Shown here: positions 29,500 to 39,191 of the stretch, piece after piece
Layout: every line of letters begins with the position of its first letter
Numbering within the stretch: the stretch's first letter is position 1
Source: Planctomycetota bacterium
Lineage (GTDB): Bacteria > Planctomycetota > J058
Direction of reading: 5' to 3'
Length of the DNA stretch: 64,000 nucleotides
NCBI GenBank assembly: GCA_041402045.1
Contig: JAWKSZ010000023.1
Coordinates: forward strand, 32,837-96,836
The notes under the pieces: generated by a model
Told to the model about the DNA's origin: nothing
What the model saw: the letters and a program-made list of their open reading frames with translations, nothing else
Databases searched by the model: none
Made by a program: the position numbers and the translations under genes

Positions 29500-30180
29500 G
29501 CCGGCGGCCCGCCTGAATGCGACCTCGCGAAGCGCGCCCAGCGAGGGGCGAAGCCCCGAGCGCGCAGCGGCCGGCGAAGCCTGGCCCCCACGCGAAGCGA
29601 ACCGCGACTGCGGTCCAGCGAGGCGGGGGGCGAAGCGCGCAGCGTCCCACACGCGAAGCGGACCGCAGCGGTTCTGCCGAAAGCGGTCTGGCGAAGCGAG
29701 CACCGGCCCCAAACGCGAAGCGGACCGCAGCTGCGGTCCGGCCGAAGCCGCGGTCCGGCCGAAAGCGGTCTAGCGAAGCGGGCACGGGCCCTAACCGCGA
29801 AGCGGCCGGCGAAGCCTGGCCCGCACGCGAAGCGGACCGCGACTGCGGTTCAGCGAGGCGAGGGGCGAAGCCGCGCAGCGGCCCACACGCGAAGCGGACC
29901 GCAACTGCGGTCCGGCTGAAAGCGGTCTAGCGAAGCGGGCACCGGCCCCAAACGCGAGCGGACCGCCCGAACGTACGTCGCGAGGCGCGGCCAGCGAGGG
30001 GCGAGGCCCCGAGCGCGCAGCGCCCAGCGAGGGGCGAAGCCGCGCGGCGGCCCACACGCGAAGCGGACCGCGACTGCGGTCCGCCCGAACGCGACCTCGC
30101 GAAGCGCGCCCAGCGAGGGGCGAAGCCCCGAGCGCGCAGCGGCCGGCGAAGCCGGCCGCGAGCCTTGGGGTGAGGCCGAG
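29500..30180. repeat. mosaic array of palindromic repeats (period ~62/125 bp) between rpsI and the lipoprotein gene
   Basis: At least 7 copies of cacgcgaagcggaccgcRRctgcggtcc, which contains the perfect 18-bp palindrome ggaccgcagctgcggtcc. These are interleaved with two other recurring units and flanked by ~75-bp direct repeats (29517-29590 and 30083-30160). Confidence 0.85.
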
Positions 30181-30236
30181 GGGCTTTGCCCCGAGGCCGA
30201 GGGGGGCCTCGGAAGGCCCCCATAGTAGCGCTTGGA

Positions 30237-30626
30237 GAACTGGAAGGAGGCGCGAGCGCCCCGCTTGCCGGGCTTCTTGCGCTCGACCTGGCGCGAGTCG
30301 CGGGTCAGGTAGCCGGCGTCCTTGAGCTTCTGGTAGTGCTCGGGGTTGGCCTTGACCAGCGCGCGGGCGATGCCCATGCGCACCGCGCCGGCCTGGCCGC
30401 TGAGCCCGCCGCCGTTGACGTTGACGTGCACGTCGAAGTTGTCGCGGGCGCCCACCAGGCGCAGCGGCGCCAGGAGGTGGATCTGATCCTGCTCGCGCAC
30501 GAAGTACTCTTCGAGGTTGCGCTTGCCGGTGAAGAAGAAGTGCCCGCTCCCGTTGGGGGACAGGCGCACGCGCGCGACGGCGGCCTTGCGCCGACCGGTT
30601 CCGCGGAAGAAGTTCTCGTTGCTCAC
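30237..30626 (-). CDS. rpsI: 30S ribosomal protein S9; expected stop codon absent, ORF runs on to 29850
   Basis: GTG start. [12 protein letters not shown]...[19 protein letters not shown]...FQFSKR is the complete conserved S9. The next codon is TAC (30225-30227), not a stop. A GC hairpin (30202-30221) follows. Confidence 0.85.
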
Positions 30627-30639
30627 GACTCGATCCTGC

Positions 30640-31083
30640 CTAGATCTTCTCGAGGTCCAGCGGCTGCGGGTTCTGGGCGCCGTGGGGGTGCTCCGAGCCG
30701 TGGTAGGCCTTGAGCTTGCCCAGCATTTGGCGACCCAGCTTGCTCTTGGGGAGCATGCGCTTCACCGCCAGCTTGAGGGTCTCCTCCGCGCGCCCGGACT
30801 CCACGAACTCACTGAAGGTGTTCGCCTTCAGGCCGCCGATGTAGCCGGTGTAGTAGGGGTATTCCTTGGACTCGGCCTTGTTTCCAGTCAGCCGAATCTT
30901 CCCCACGTTGGTCACGACGACGAAGTCGCCCATGTCCACGTGGGGGGTGTAGGTCGGGCGGTGCTTGCCCATGAGGACCTTCGCCAGCTTCGTGGCGAGG
31001 CGGCCCATGACCTGGTCGGTGGCGTCTACGTGGTACCAGCCACGCTTGGTCTGATCGGCCGTCTTGGCCATGTACGTCTTCAT
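30640..31083 (-). CDS. rplM: 50S ribosomal protein L13
   Basis: 147 aa from ATG 31083 ([21 protein letters not shown]...). A longer ORF from 31188 has a spurious N-terminus. Confidence 0.95.
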   Translation of the reverse strand: MKTYMAKTADQTKRGWYHVDATDQVMGRLATKLAKVLMGKHRPTYTPHVDMGDFVVVTNVGKIRLTGNKAESKEYPYYTGYIGGLKANTFSEFVESGRAEETLKLAVKRMLPKSKLGRQMLGKLKAYHGSEHPHGAQNPQPLDLEKI

Positions 31084-31271
31084 CGGTACTCGCTCACAAA
31101 CAGAGTCGCGAAGGGTATGAACTCTCAGCCGAAAATCAAGCCTTAAGTGGATTTCCGGCGATGTCCGCCCCCGGGAGACGCGATGCACGCGCGTAAGACT
31201 CCCATCGGCGGACCCCCGCCCGCCGCCGCCCGGGGAGGACGTCCCCGGGTCGCGGCGGGCGAGGCTTCAGC

Positions 31272-32816
31272 TCAGGCGTCGTCGTCGAGGAGACCCGACG
31301 CGAAGTCCGAGCTGACCTCGGGCTCCGCAGCCACGGCCGCGGGGGCCTTCTTGGGCTGCGGCTTGGGCGCGGCCTTGGCCGGAGCCTTGGGCTTGGACTT
31401 GGCCTTGGGAGCCTCCTCCTCGAGCAGCCCGGCCGCGAAGTCGGTGTCGTCGCCGTCGGCGTCGCCCTCGTCGTCGCTGCGCTCGTTCTGCTCGACCGCG
31501 CCCTCGTCGCTGCGCTCGCCGCGACGGCGGCGACGGCGACGGCGACGCTTGGGCTCGTCGTCACCCTCCTCGACGCTGGCCTCGTCCGAGCCGTCGACGT
31601 TGGAGTCGAAGTAGTGGAGGGGATCCCCGCGCTCGGCGCGGGAGCCGCCGCCACGACGCCGGCGACGGCCGCCGCCGCTGGTCGAGGTCTTGAGCGTGCC
31701 CTGAATGATCTCGGTCATGCTCTCGATGTCGCGGTGCTCGTCGGCGTTGAACACGAGGTTCTCGCCGTCGCCCTCGTCGTCGCCTGCGTCCTCGGCGCCG
31801 TCGCGGTCCCGGCCGCGGCCCCGACGCCGACGGCGCCGACGACGCCCGCCCTCGCGGTCGTCGTCGTCGTCGCGATCGCGATCGCGGTCCCGGTCGCGGT
31901 CGCGCCCACGGCCGCCGCGCTCGCCGCGCTCGCGACCCTTGCCGCCGCGGGAGCTGCGCCCGCTGCGCTCACGGCCGCTGCTGCCGCTGCCGCCGGCGAT
32001 CTTCTTCAGCTCCTCGACCTCGTCCATGGCCTGCTCGATCAGGTTCAGCGAGACCTGCTCGCCGCCCTCGATCATGCCCATGAGCAGACCCAGGTCACCC
32101 AGGCGGTTCAGCAGCCGGGGGTAGCCCTCGGCCGCCTGCACGGCCGCGGTCAGGGCCTCGTCGCTCAGCACGTCGGCCTTGGCGCCGGCCTTCTCCAGGC
32201 GGTGCTTGAGGTAGGTGACCCCCTCCTCCGCGCTCAGAGGCAGCAGCTCGTAGCCGACCTCGAGGCGGTGGACCAGGCTGTGGCGCTTCTTGAGGGTCCC
32301 GCGCAGGCGCGGATGGCCGGTCAGCACGCAGGTCAGGAGGGTGGTGCCGTCGGTGGTGGTCAGGTCCAGGATCGTGCGCAGCTCCTCGAAGGTGCGCCCG
32401 TCCGGGAGGCAGTCGGCGTTGTCGATGATCAGCACCGGGTAGCGCGACTTGCTCAGCTTGGACTCGAGCAGCTTGCGCAGCGCGTAGGTCAACTCGGCGC
32501 GGGTGCCGGGCACGGGCTCGCCGTTGGAGAAGGCCACGAAGGCCTGCTGCAGGAGGTCGAGGCCGTGCTCGACGCCAGCGGCGGAGATCCAGGCGGTGTC
32601 GCAGCTGCGACCCTGGAGCTGCTCGGCCGCGCGACGGCAGACGAAGGTCTTGCCGACGCCGCTCTCGCCGATCAGGAGCGCGAGGGGCTTGCGCTGCTCG
32701 ACGGCATACTTGATCCGGACCAGGGCCTCTTTGTGGTTCTCGCTTTCGAAGAAGAAGGCGGTGTTTTGATCGTTCTCAAACGGTTTCTTGTCGAGGTGCC
32801 AGTGGGCTTCGTACAT
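31272..32816 (-). CDS. ExeA/GspA-like AAA+ ATPase with a long R/D/E-rich disordered C-terminal tail
   Basis: Walker A (LLIGESGVGKT) and Walker B (LIIDNADCL). Tail contains RDRDRDRDRDDDDD and poly-R runs. Confidence 0.8.
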   Translation of the reverse strand: MYEAHWHLDKKPFENDQNTAFFFESENHKEALVRIKYAVEQRKPLALLIGESGVGKTFVCRRAAEQLQGRSCDTAWISAAGVEHGLDLLQQAFVAFSNGEPVPGTRAELTYALRKLLESKLSKSRYPVLIIDNADCLPDGRTFEELRTILDLTTTDGTTLLTCVLTGHPRLRGTLKKRHSLVHRLEVGYELLPLSAEEGVTYLKHRLEKAGAKADVLSDEALTAAVQAAEGYPRLLNRLGDLGLLMGMIEGGEQVSLNLIEQAMDEVEELKKIAGGSGSSGRERSGRSSRGGKGRERGERGGRGRDRDRDRDRDRDDDDDREGGRRRRRRRRGRGRDRDGAEDAGDDEGDGENLVFNADEHRDIESMTEIIQGTLKTSTSGGGRRRRRGGGSRAERGDPLHYFDSNVDGSDEASVEEGDDEPKRRRRRRRRRGERSDEGAVEQNERSDDEGDADGDDTDFAAGLLEEEAPKAKSKPKAPAKAAPKPQPKKAPAAVAAEPEVSSDFASGLLDDDA

Positions 32817-33124
32817 GAAGTACTCCAGGCGGCACCGAGTCCCTTCGCCCCCACGGGCGTGATTCGGTTGACGCTGGACGCGGCGGGGAGACCGCCGCGT
32901 GACAGATCGTGTAGGCAGGAAGGGCTTTCGGTCGCCGCATTCGTGGTGGTCTTCAGCTCCCAGGTTGCCGGGGAGCCTGAGGTGGAGCCGGCGCGAGCCG
33001 GCGGGTAGCGCAGCCAGAGTCCGGCCGCCGACGAAATTCTAGGGCCGGGCGGGCGCGAGCGCAAGGATTCCTGCGGGCTGAACGTCGCGCTAACTCCCAG
33101 GAATTCGGGGGCTTCGTGGACCCC

Positions 33125-35561
33125 TCAGCCGCCTCCGCGCAATTGGAGCAGCATTCGGCGCGCCGTGGGGTGCTTCGGGTCACGCCGCAGCGCCTCTCGG
33201 AGGGCGGCCAACGCCGGCTCCCGGCGCCCCGCGGCGGCGTGCAGCCGCGCCGCGTAGGTCAGCGCCAGGACCTCCTCGGGGTCCGCCGCGGTCGCGCGGT
33301 CCCAGGCCTCGAGCGCGCCCTCAGGGTCCCCCGCGCGCTCCAGGGCCACGCCCAGGTCGCGCCAGTTGGCGCCGTCGGGGGCCAGCGCGACCAAGCGCCG
33401 GTAGGCCTCCACCGCGGGACCGTAGGCCTCGGCCAGGAAGCGCACCTCCCCCAGCCGAGCCCAAGCGGCCGCGAGGGCAGGGTCGGCCTCCGTGCTCGCC
33501 AGGAGCCAGCGCTCGGCGGTGGGGTAGTCGGCCTCGAGCCGGGCTGCGTTGCCGCGGTAGAAGCTGGCCAGGGCTGGCTCGAGCGCGGGGCCAAAGCGCG
33601 CCACCGCCCGACGCAGGGCGACCGGGTCCTCGGCGGCCTCGGCGGCTGCGAGGAGGTTCACCCGCGCGCGCAGCGCGGTCTCGGGGTCGGGGTCCCGGTC
33701 CAGGGCCGCGCCGTAGGCGACGAGGGCCGCGCGAGCTTCGCCGCGGCCCATGGCCAACGCCGCCAGCAGGAGGTGCCTCGCGCGCGCTGAGCGCGGTCGC
33801 GACCCAGCGTGACGCCAGCTCCTGGGCGCGCTGGGGGTCGCCGAACAGGCGCTCGAGCTCCGCCGCCGCCTCGAGCACGACGGGGTCCTCGGGGGCGAGG
33901 GCCAGCGCGCCGCGGGCCAGCTCCAGGCCCCGGGCGCCTTCGCCCAGGGCCGGCAGCGCGCGGGCGAGGTGCAGGCGCAGGCGCGGGTGGATCCCGCGCC
34001 GCGGGAGCAGGGTCAGCCCGCGCAGGACCGAGCTCGCCCGAGCCTCGTCGGGGAACGGCGGCTCGCGGCGCCGCGGCGGCGAAGACCGGGGACCGCGCTC
34101 GAAGACCCAGGCCTTGGGCCCCACGTAGCGCACGCTCCAGACCGGGTCGGCGACCAGGGCCTCCAGCAGGAGCGGGGAGTGCTCACGGGGATCGAGGAGC
34201 GCGCTCTGGAACCCTGCCTCGCTCAGGCGCGCGCCGAGCGCGCGCGGGTCTCCGTCGAGCAGCGCGCGGTAGGCCGCGAAGTGCGACCGGGGGTAGAGGT
34301 CGAGGTTGCCGCATATGTAAGGGCGCTGACCGGCGAACAGCAGGTAGTGCCCGGCGCTGAACCCGTTGAACAGGGGCTCCGGGGGCGGGTCGCGCTCCCA
34401 GTCGGCCAGGGCCTCGGGGTAGGCCTTGAACTCCACGCGGCCCCAGCCGGCGGGAGCGTCGAGCTGCGGGTTCTGGTGGAAGCGGTCGTCGACGGTGGCG
34501 CGCGCGAGGAGGAAGGCGAGGCCGCCCAGGGCCACGTAGGCGGGATCGCGGCGCGCGCCGCGCAGCAGCCCACGCGCGAGCAGCGCGAGCCCGGGGCCGC
34601 TGAGCGTGATCAGCCCCAGGGCGGCCAGCGGCAGGGTGCGCGCGTAGGGCGCGCCGAGGACCACCAGCGCCAGCGCCGCGCCAGCGCGGTCCAGCTCCAG
34701 CCGACCGGAGCGCCAGCCGATCCAGGCCAGGGGCAGGCTCAGAACGCACCAGCCCACGAGGAGCAACACCAGCGGCTGCCCCCAGCCCGCGCTCCAGGGC
34801 GCCGCGAGCTCGGCGATCGGCAGGCGCTCGCGCCCCAGCGCGTCCAGCGCGATCCGGGGGAGGTAGCCCAGGGTGCCCAAGGGGTAGGGAGTCAGCGCGC
34901 AGCAGCCGAGGAGCACCCCCGCGGCCACGGCCCAGCCACGCCAGGCGCGCCCGCCGAGGGCCGCGACGGCCGCGCGCAGCCCGAGCAGCGCCGGCCCGAG
35001 CAGCGCGAACCCGTGGGCGTTGGCCCACAGCACCTGCACCGCCGCGGCGGCGCCCAGCCGCCGGCCCGCGGGAGCACGACGCCAGCCGAGGTGCCAGGCG
35101 AGGACGAGGAAGGTCACGAGCTCGGGGCGGACCACGAAGCGTGGACCCGCGAGGACCACGAACGGGATCGCGAGCGCCCAGCGCGCCAGCCCAGGGATCG
35201 GCCGCAGCACGAGCCAGGACAGGAGCAGGACGGCGAGGCCCTTGGCCGCGCCCAGGAGCCGCGCCCCGCCCAGCGCGTCCAGCGCGGCCACGGCGAGCTG
35301 GAACAGCCACTCGGGGTCTACGAAGGCGCGCTCGGCCCCGCCCTGGAGGAAGACGTCGTGGCGGGGGAAGCCGTGCTCGAGGATCCAGCGCGCGCAGGCC
35401 AGGTGGAAGTAGAGGTCGGGTTGGGCGTCGGGCCGGGCGCACCAGGCGACGAGCAGGAGCGCGACCGCCGCCAGGCAGAATCCCCGGGCCGCGCGTGAGG
35501 GCCAGCCACGGACTCCGTCCAAGGAAGGTGAGCGGGGAGGAGCCTCGGCCGACGAAGTCAC
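33125..35561 (-). CDS. GT-C-like polytopic membrane protein with C-terminal TPR domain; reading frame switches near 33760-33790
   Basis: The 35561-33770 frame encodes >10 TM helices and then begins TPR-like helices (…QRAQELASRWVATALSARE). The TPR domain continues in the +1 frame (33757-33125, …AMGRGEARAALVAYGAALDRDP…). GTG at 35561 is a guess. Confidence 0.5.
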
Positions 35562-35852
35562 GCGACGGATTGTGCACTGGATGCGGCCCCGCCGGTATCC
35601 CGGACTGGGGACGCCCGCGACCTCCAACCAGGCCAGCGCGCGGTGACGCGCCCGGGGGTGCGCCCGAGGGGCGTTGGCCCCGACCCGCCTTCCTGAGAAA
35701 CTTTCTCCGGAGTCGAGCTGGCAGGGGGTTGCGTCGTACGGGGGCCGGCTCGGACCGGCCCGGCGCGCGGGCTCGGCCGGCCCTCCCATCTCGGGGCCGC
35801 CTCGGACCGGCTCCGCGGCGACGGAATCCCTTACGCCTCGGGTTCGCTCCGC

Positions 35853-35882
35853 TTGACAGCACCCGATCGGCGGTGCTAAATA
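35853..35882 (+). promoter_or_regulatory. sigma70-like promoter (TTGACA-N18-TAAATA) upstream of the MglA-family cluster
   Basis: Consensus -35 and near-consensus -10 in a locally AT-richer stretch ~85 nt upstream of the ATG at 35969. Confidence 0.45.
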
Positions 35883-35968
35883 ACCCTAAGCTGAGCAGGG
35901 ATTTCTGCTCCTTCACGGGAAACCCTCGGCGCCTCAGAGGCGCCGGGACAGCGGTTGGGCGGGCCCCC

Positions 35969-37063
35969 ATGGGCTTGTGGGCGAACTTCAAGGCGAATCG
36001 CGAGCTGGCCGAAGCCAGGCGGGACGTGGCACGCGCGCGCTCGCCGTACTCGATCGCTCAGTTCATCGACAAATGCATCGAGCTCGGTCGGCTCGATCAG
36101 GCCTTCGAGGACGCCGAGAAAGGGATCCAGGAGTTCCCCGAGTCGGAGTCGCTGCAGGAGGCCTACAAGCGCATGATCCGCGCCAAGTGCGCGGACGACC
36201 TCAAGGCCTACCGCGACGAGATCCGCACCTCCCCCGGCCCGAAGGCGTATTACCGGCTCGCGTGCCTCTACAAGGAAATGCGCGACCTGGACCAGGCCGT
36301 CGAGCTCGCGCGCAAGGGCATGGAGGACTACCCCAACTTCGAGGGCAACTACATCGTGCTCGCGGACCTGCGCTACGAGCGCTTCCAGCGTGACCTGCGC
36401 GCGTCCGACGGGCTCGAGGCGACCCAACTGTTCGAGAAGGCGGTGGACCTCAACGGCGAGAACTACCGCCTGCTGTTCCAGTTGGCCGAGATCTACCGCG
36501 CGATCGGGGCGCGCGACCACGCGATCGCCAAGGTCAAGATGATCTTGAACTTCGCCCCCGACGACCGCAACGCGCTGAACCTGCTGGCCCAGCTCAAGAG
36601 CGCCAAGGCCCCCAAGAGCAACGACCTCAAGGAGATCCTCCAGGACTTCGAGCGTCGGGCCGCGGCAGGCAACTTCCGCCAGCAGGGCCAGCTCTCGGCG
36701 CGTTACCTGGCCAACCCCGACCAGCTCGAGCGCAAGCTGCCGAGCCTGGACCGCATGCCGGGCTTCCAGCGCGTGGTCGTGCTCGGTCCCCACGGCGAGC
36801 TGTTGGCCGCCCACCCCGGCGGCGCTCAGGGCAACCGCAACGAGGCGGACACGCTGAAGAAGATGTTCGCGGCGGCGATCGATTGCTCGCTGCGCATGGA
36901 CATCTCCACCTTCGAGAAGGGCTTGTTCGAGTCCGAGGCTGGGTTTACCTACCTGGTCGTCGCCGACTCCTTGCAAATCGCCGTGCTCTCGAACACGAAG
37001 GTGAAGAAGGAAAAACTACGACAGGACGTGCACCGCTTTGTGGAGCACGACCTCTACATCTAG
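35969..37063 (+). CDS. TPR-repeat protein with C-terminal Roadblock/LC7-like domain
   Basis: 364 aa. N-terminal TPR-like helices. C-terminal ~110 aa (GFQRVVVLGPHGELLAAH...FTYLVVADSLQIAVLSN) fit the Roadblock pattern. Confidence 0.7.
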   Translation: MGLWANFKANRELAEARRDVARARSPYSIAQFIDKCIELGRLDQAFEDAEKGIQEFPESESLQEAYKRMIRAKCADDLKAYRDEIRTSPGPKAYYRLACLYKEMRDLDQAVELARKGMEDYPNFEGNYIVLADLRYERFQRDLRASDGLEATQLFEKAVDLNGENYRLLFQLAEIYRAIGARDHAIAKVKMILNFAPDDRNALNLLAQLKSAKAPKSNDLKEILQDFERRAAAGNFRQQGQLSARYLANPDQLERKLPSLDRMPGFQRVVVLGPHGELLAAHPGGAQGNRNEADTLKKMFAAAIDCSLRMDISTFEKGLFESEAGFTYLVVADSLQIAVLSNTKVKKEKLRQDVHRFVEHDLYI

Positions 37064-37093
37064 GATCGAATCGGGAGACCGCAGTCGGCAGGC

Positions 37094-37444
37094 ATGCAAT
37101 CCATTCTCTCTGCACTGAATCAGGTCGCTGGCGTCAAGGGCAGCATGGTCGTCACCAAGGACGGTGTGGTGGTGGCCGAGGTCCTCGGTCCCGACCTGCG
37201 CAAAGAGGTGGTGGCCGCCGTCTCCTCCCACATGATTCAGGTCAGCGCCCGCTCGCTTGAGGACCTCGGCCGAGGTACCCTGGAGCGCGTGGCCGTGACC
37301 TCTGCCCACGGACGCATGGTGTTCGTGAACCTGGACGTGGGCTACCTGGTCGTGATCACCAAGATGGAGATGAAGCTCGGGCAAGTGCTCATCGAAGTCG
37401 AATCGGCTGCGCGGAAGATCAAGCAGCTACACAGCAGGATCTGA
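37094..37444 (+). CDS. Roadblock/LC7-domain protein (short MglB-like)
   Basis: 116 aa. GVKGSMVVTKDGVVVAEV...GYLVVITKM pattern. Confidence 0.8.
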   Translation: MQSILSALNQVAGVKGSMVVTKDGVVVAEVLGPDLRKEVVAAVSSHMIQVSARSLEDLGRGTLERVAVTSAHGRMVFVNLDVGYLVVITKMEMKLGQVLIEVESAARKIKQLHSRI

Positions 37445-37535
37445 GGGTGGAGGCTTCCGACACCCAAGGGGCGGGATGGTAACGAGGGCTGCGCCGAACC
37501 AGCTCAGCACTCGGTGACCGTGGAGTAGAGCCAGA

Positions 37536-38579
37536 ATGGTCCAGATCAACTTCGCCAAGCGCGAAATCAACTGCAAGCTCGTGTACTACGGGCCGGGGTT
37601 GTCGGGGAAGACCACCAACCTCGAGGTCGTGCACAAGAAGGCACCGGCCTCGAAGAAGGGTGAGCTGACCTCGATCGCCACCGAGGGCGATCGCACCCTG
37701 TTCTTCGACTACATGCCGCTCGAGCTGGGCAAGGTCGGCGGCATGAACACGAAGTTCCAGTTGTACACGGTGCCGGGCCAGGTCTACTACAACGCCACCC
37801 GTAAGCTCGTGCTCCAGGGCGCGGACGGGGTGGTGTTCGTCGCGGACTCCCAGCCCGACAAGATGGACGAGAACATCGAGAGCTTCCAGAACCTGGAGGA
37901 GAACCTGAGGGAGCAGGGCCTGCAGCCCGAGACGATCCCCATGGTCCTGCAGTGGAACAAGCGCGACTTGCCCAACGTCTGCGACGTCAGCGAGCTCGAC
38001 AAGAAGCTCAACAAGTACAACAGCCCGACCTTCGAGGCCGTCGCGGTCACCGGCGAGGGGGTGTTCCCCACCCTCAAGAAGCTGGCGCAGATGGTGCTCG
38101 AGAAGCTCAACAAGGAGTACGGGCTCAACCCCGACAAGAAGGGCGAGGCGGGCAAGAAGGAGACCGCGGCGGCGCCGGCGGCCAAGCCGGAGCCGAAGCC
38201 GGAGCCCAAGCCCGAGCCCAAGCCCGAGCGTCGCCCGGAGCCGAAGCCCGAGCCCGTCGCCGAGCGGCGAGCGGAGCCGAAGCCGGAGCGGCGGGCGGAG
38301 CCGAAGCCCGAGCGGCGCGAGCCTGCGCCGCTGCCCAGCGGCAACCGCAAGCCTCAGGGCTACGACATCGGGAGCGGCGCGCTGCCGCCTCCGCCCAAGA
38401 AGGGCGGCGGCAAGGGCCTGATGATCGTGATGCTCCTGATCCTGGTGGTGGCCGGGGCGTTCATCGGCGGCGGCTATACGGGTAAGCTGGAGCAGGCGGT
38501 GCCTGCGCTCCAGAAGTTCTACGACGACAAGCTCGCACCCACCCTCGGCGGCGGCTCCCAGAGCGCCGGCGGGGAGTAG
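37536..38579 (+). CDS. MglA-family small GTPase with C-terminal PEPK-repeat linker and transmembrane helix
   Basis: First ~195 aa align closely to MglA (GPGLSGKTT, TDRTLFFDY, TVPGQ, NKRD, AVTGEGV). Followed by (PEPK)n/ERRAEPKP repeats, then LMIVMLLILVVAGAFIGGGY and a short tail. Confidence 0.9.
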   Translation: MVQINFAKREINCKLVYYGPGLSGKTTNLEVVHKKAPASKKGELTSIATEGDRTLFFDYMPLELGKVGGMNTKFQLYTVPGQVYYNATRKLVLQGADGVVFVADSQPDKMDENIESFQNLEENLREQGLQPETIPMVLQWNKRDLPNVCDVSELDKKLNKYNSPTFEAVAVTGEGVFPTLKKLAQMVLEKLNKEYGLNPDKKGEAGKKETAAAPAAKPEPKPEPKPEPKPERRPEPKPEPVAERRAEPKPERRAEPKPERREPAPLPSGNRKPQGYDIGSGALPPPPKKGGGKGLMIVMLLILVVAGAFIGGGYTGKLEQAVPALQKFYDDKLAPTLGGGSQSAGGE

Positions 38580-38621
38580 GCCCGAGACACGCAACCGTCC
38601 AGCACGGAAGAGGACATACTC

Positions 38622-39137
38622 ATGGGCGCGAGTGAGACCGATCGCAAGCTGCGTAAGGCTCGCCTCATCTTCTATGAAGACGACGTCGAGCGGATCAACA
38701 AGGCGCTGGAGAACTACCAGAACCTCTCCAAGTCGCGCTGCAACATGCTGATCGACGTCGAGGGGCACCCGGTCACCCAGGTCGGATCCACCGAGGGCAT
38801 CAACCTCGAGACCATCGCCGCCCTGGTGGCGGCGTCCTTCGCCGCCACCAAGGAGGTGGCGAAGATCCTGGGCGAGGCCGAGTTCAGCAGCCTGACCCAC
38901 CAGGGCAAGCACGAGAGCATTCAGCTCTCGCTGGTAGGCGACCGCACGATCCTGGCCACGATCTTCGACTCCGAGGAGACGACGATCGGCATGGTCATGT
39001 TCTACACCAAGGAGTTGGTGGAGAAGCTGGCCGGGATCTTCGCCGAGATCGGCAACCGCAAGGACATGAAGCAGGGCGTGTTCGAACCCATGGAAGACAT
39101 GGAGAGCGTGATCGACGACCTGTTCGGCGACGTCTAG
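38622..39137 (+). CDS. mglB: MglB-like Roadblock GTPase-activating protein
   Basis: 171 aa. Collinear with MglB, including the acidic C-terminal helix (EPMEDMESVIDDLFGDV). RBS GGAAGAGGA. Confidence 0.85.
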   Translation: MGASETDRKLRKARLIFYEDDVERINKALENYQNLSKSRCNMLIDVEGHPVTQVGSTEGINLETIAALVAASFAATKEVAKILGEAEFSSLTHQGKHESIQLSLVGDRTILATIFDSEETTIGMVMFYTKELVEKLAGIFAEIGNRKDMKQGVFEPMEDMESVIDDLFGDV

Positions 39138-39191
39138 GGTCTCCGCGTCCGAGCTCGACACCAGCCCCGCGCGTGAGCGCGGGGCTGTGCC

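Noticed and set aside
29500-30180. CRISPR array (regular ~62-bp spacing of a 28-bp palindromic repeat)
   Set aside because: The inter-repeat segments are themselves repeated, in two alternating families, rather than being unique spacers. Repeats are degenerate. No cas genes are nearby. It is better described as a mosaic tandem/REP-like array.
29850-30236. Genuine 125-aa C-terminal extension of ribosomal protein S9
   Set aside because: The extension is translated from the repeat array, is low-complexity, and would occlude the conserved C-terminal Arg that contacts P-site tRNA. A single base restores the stop exactly where expected, in front of a terminator-like hairpin.
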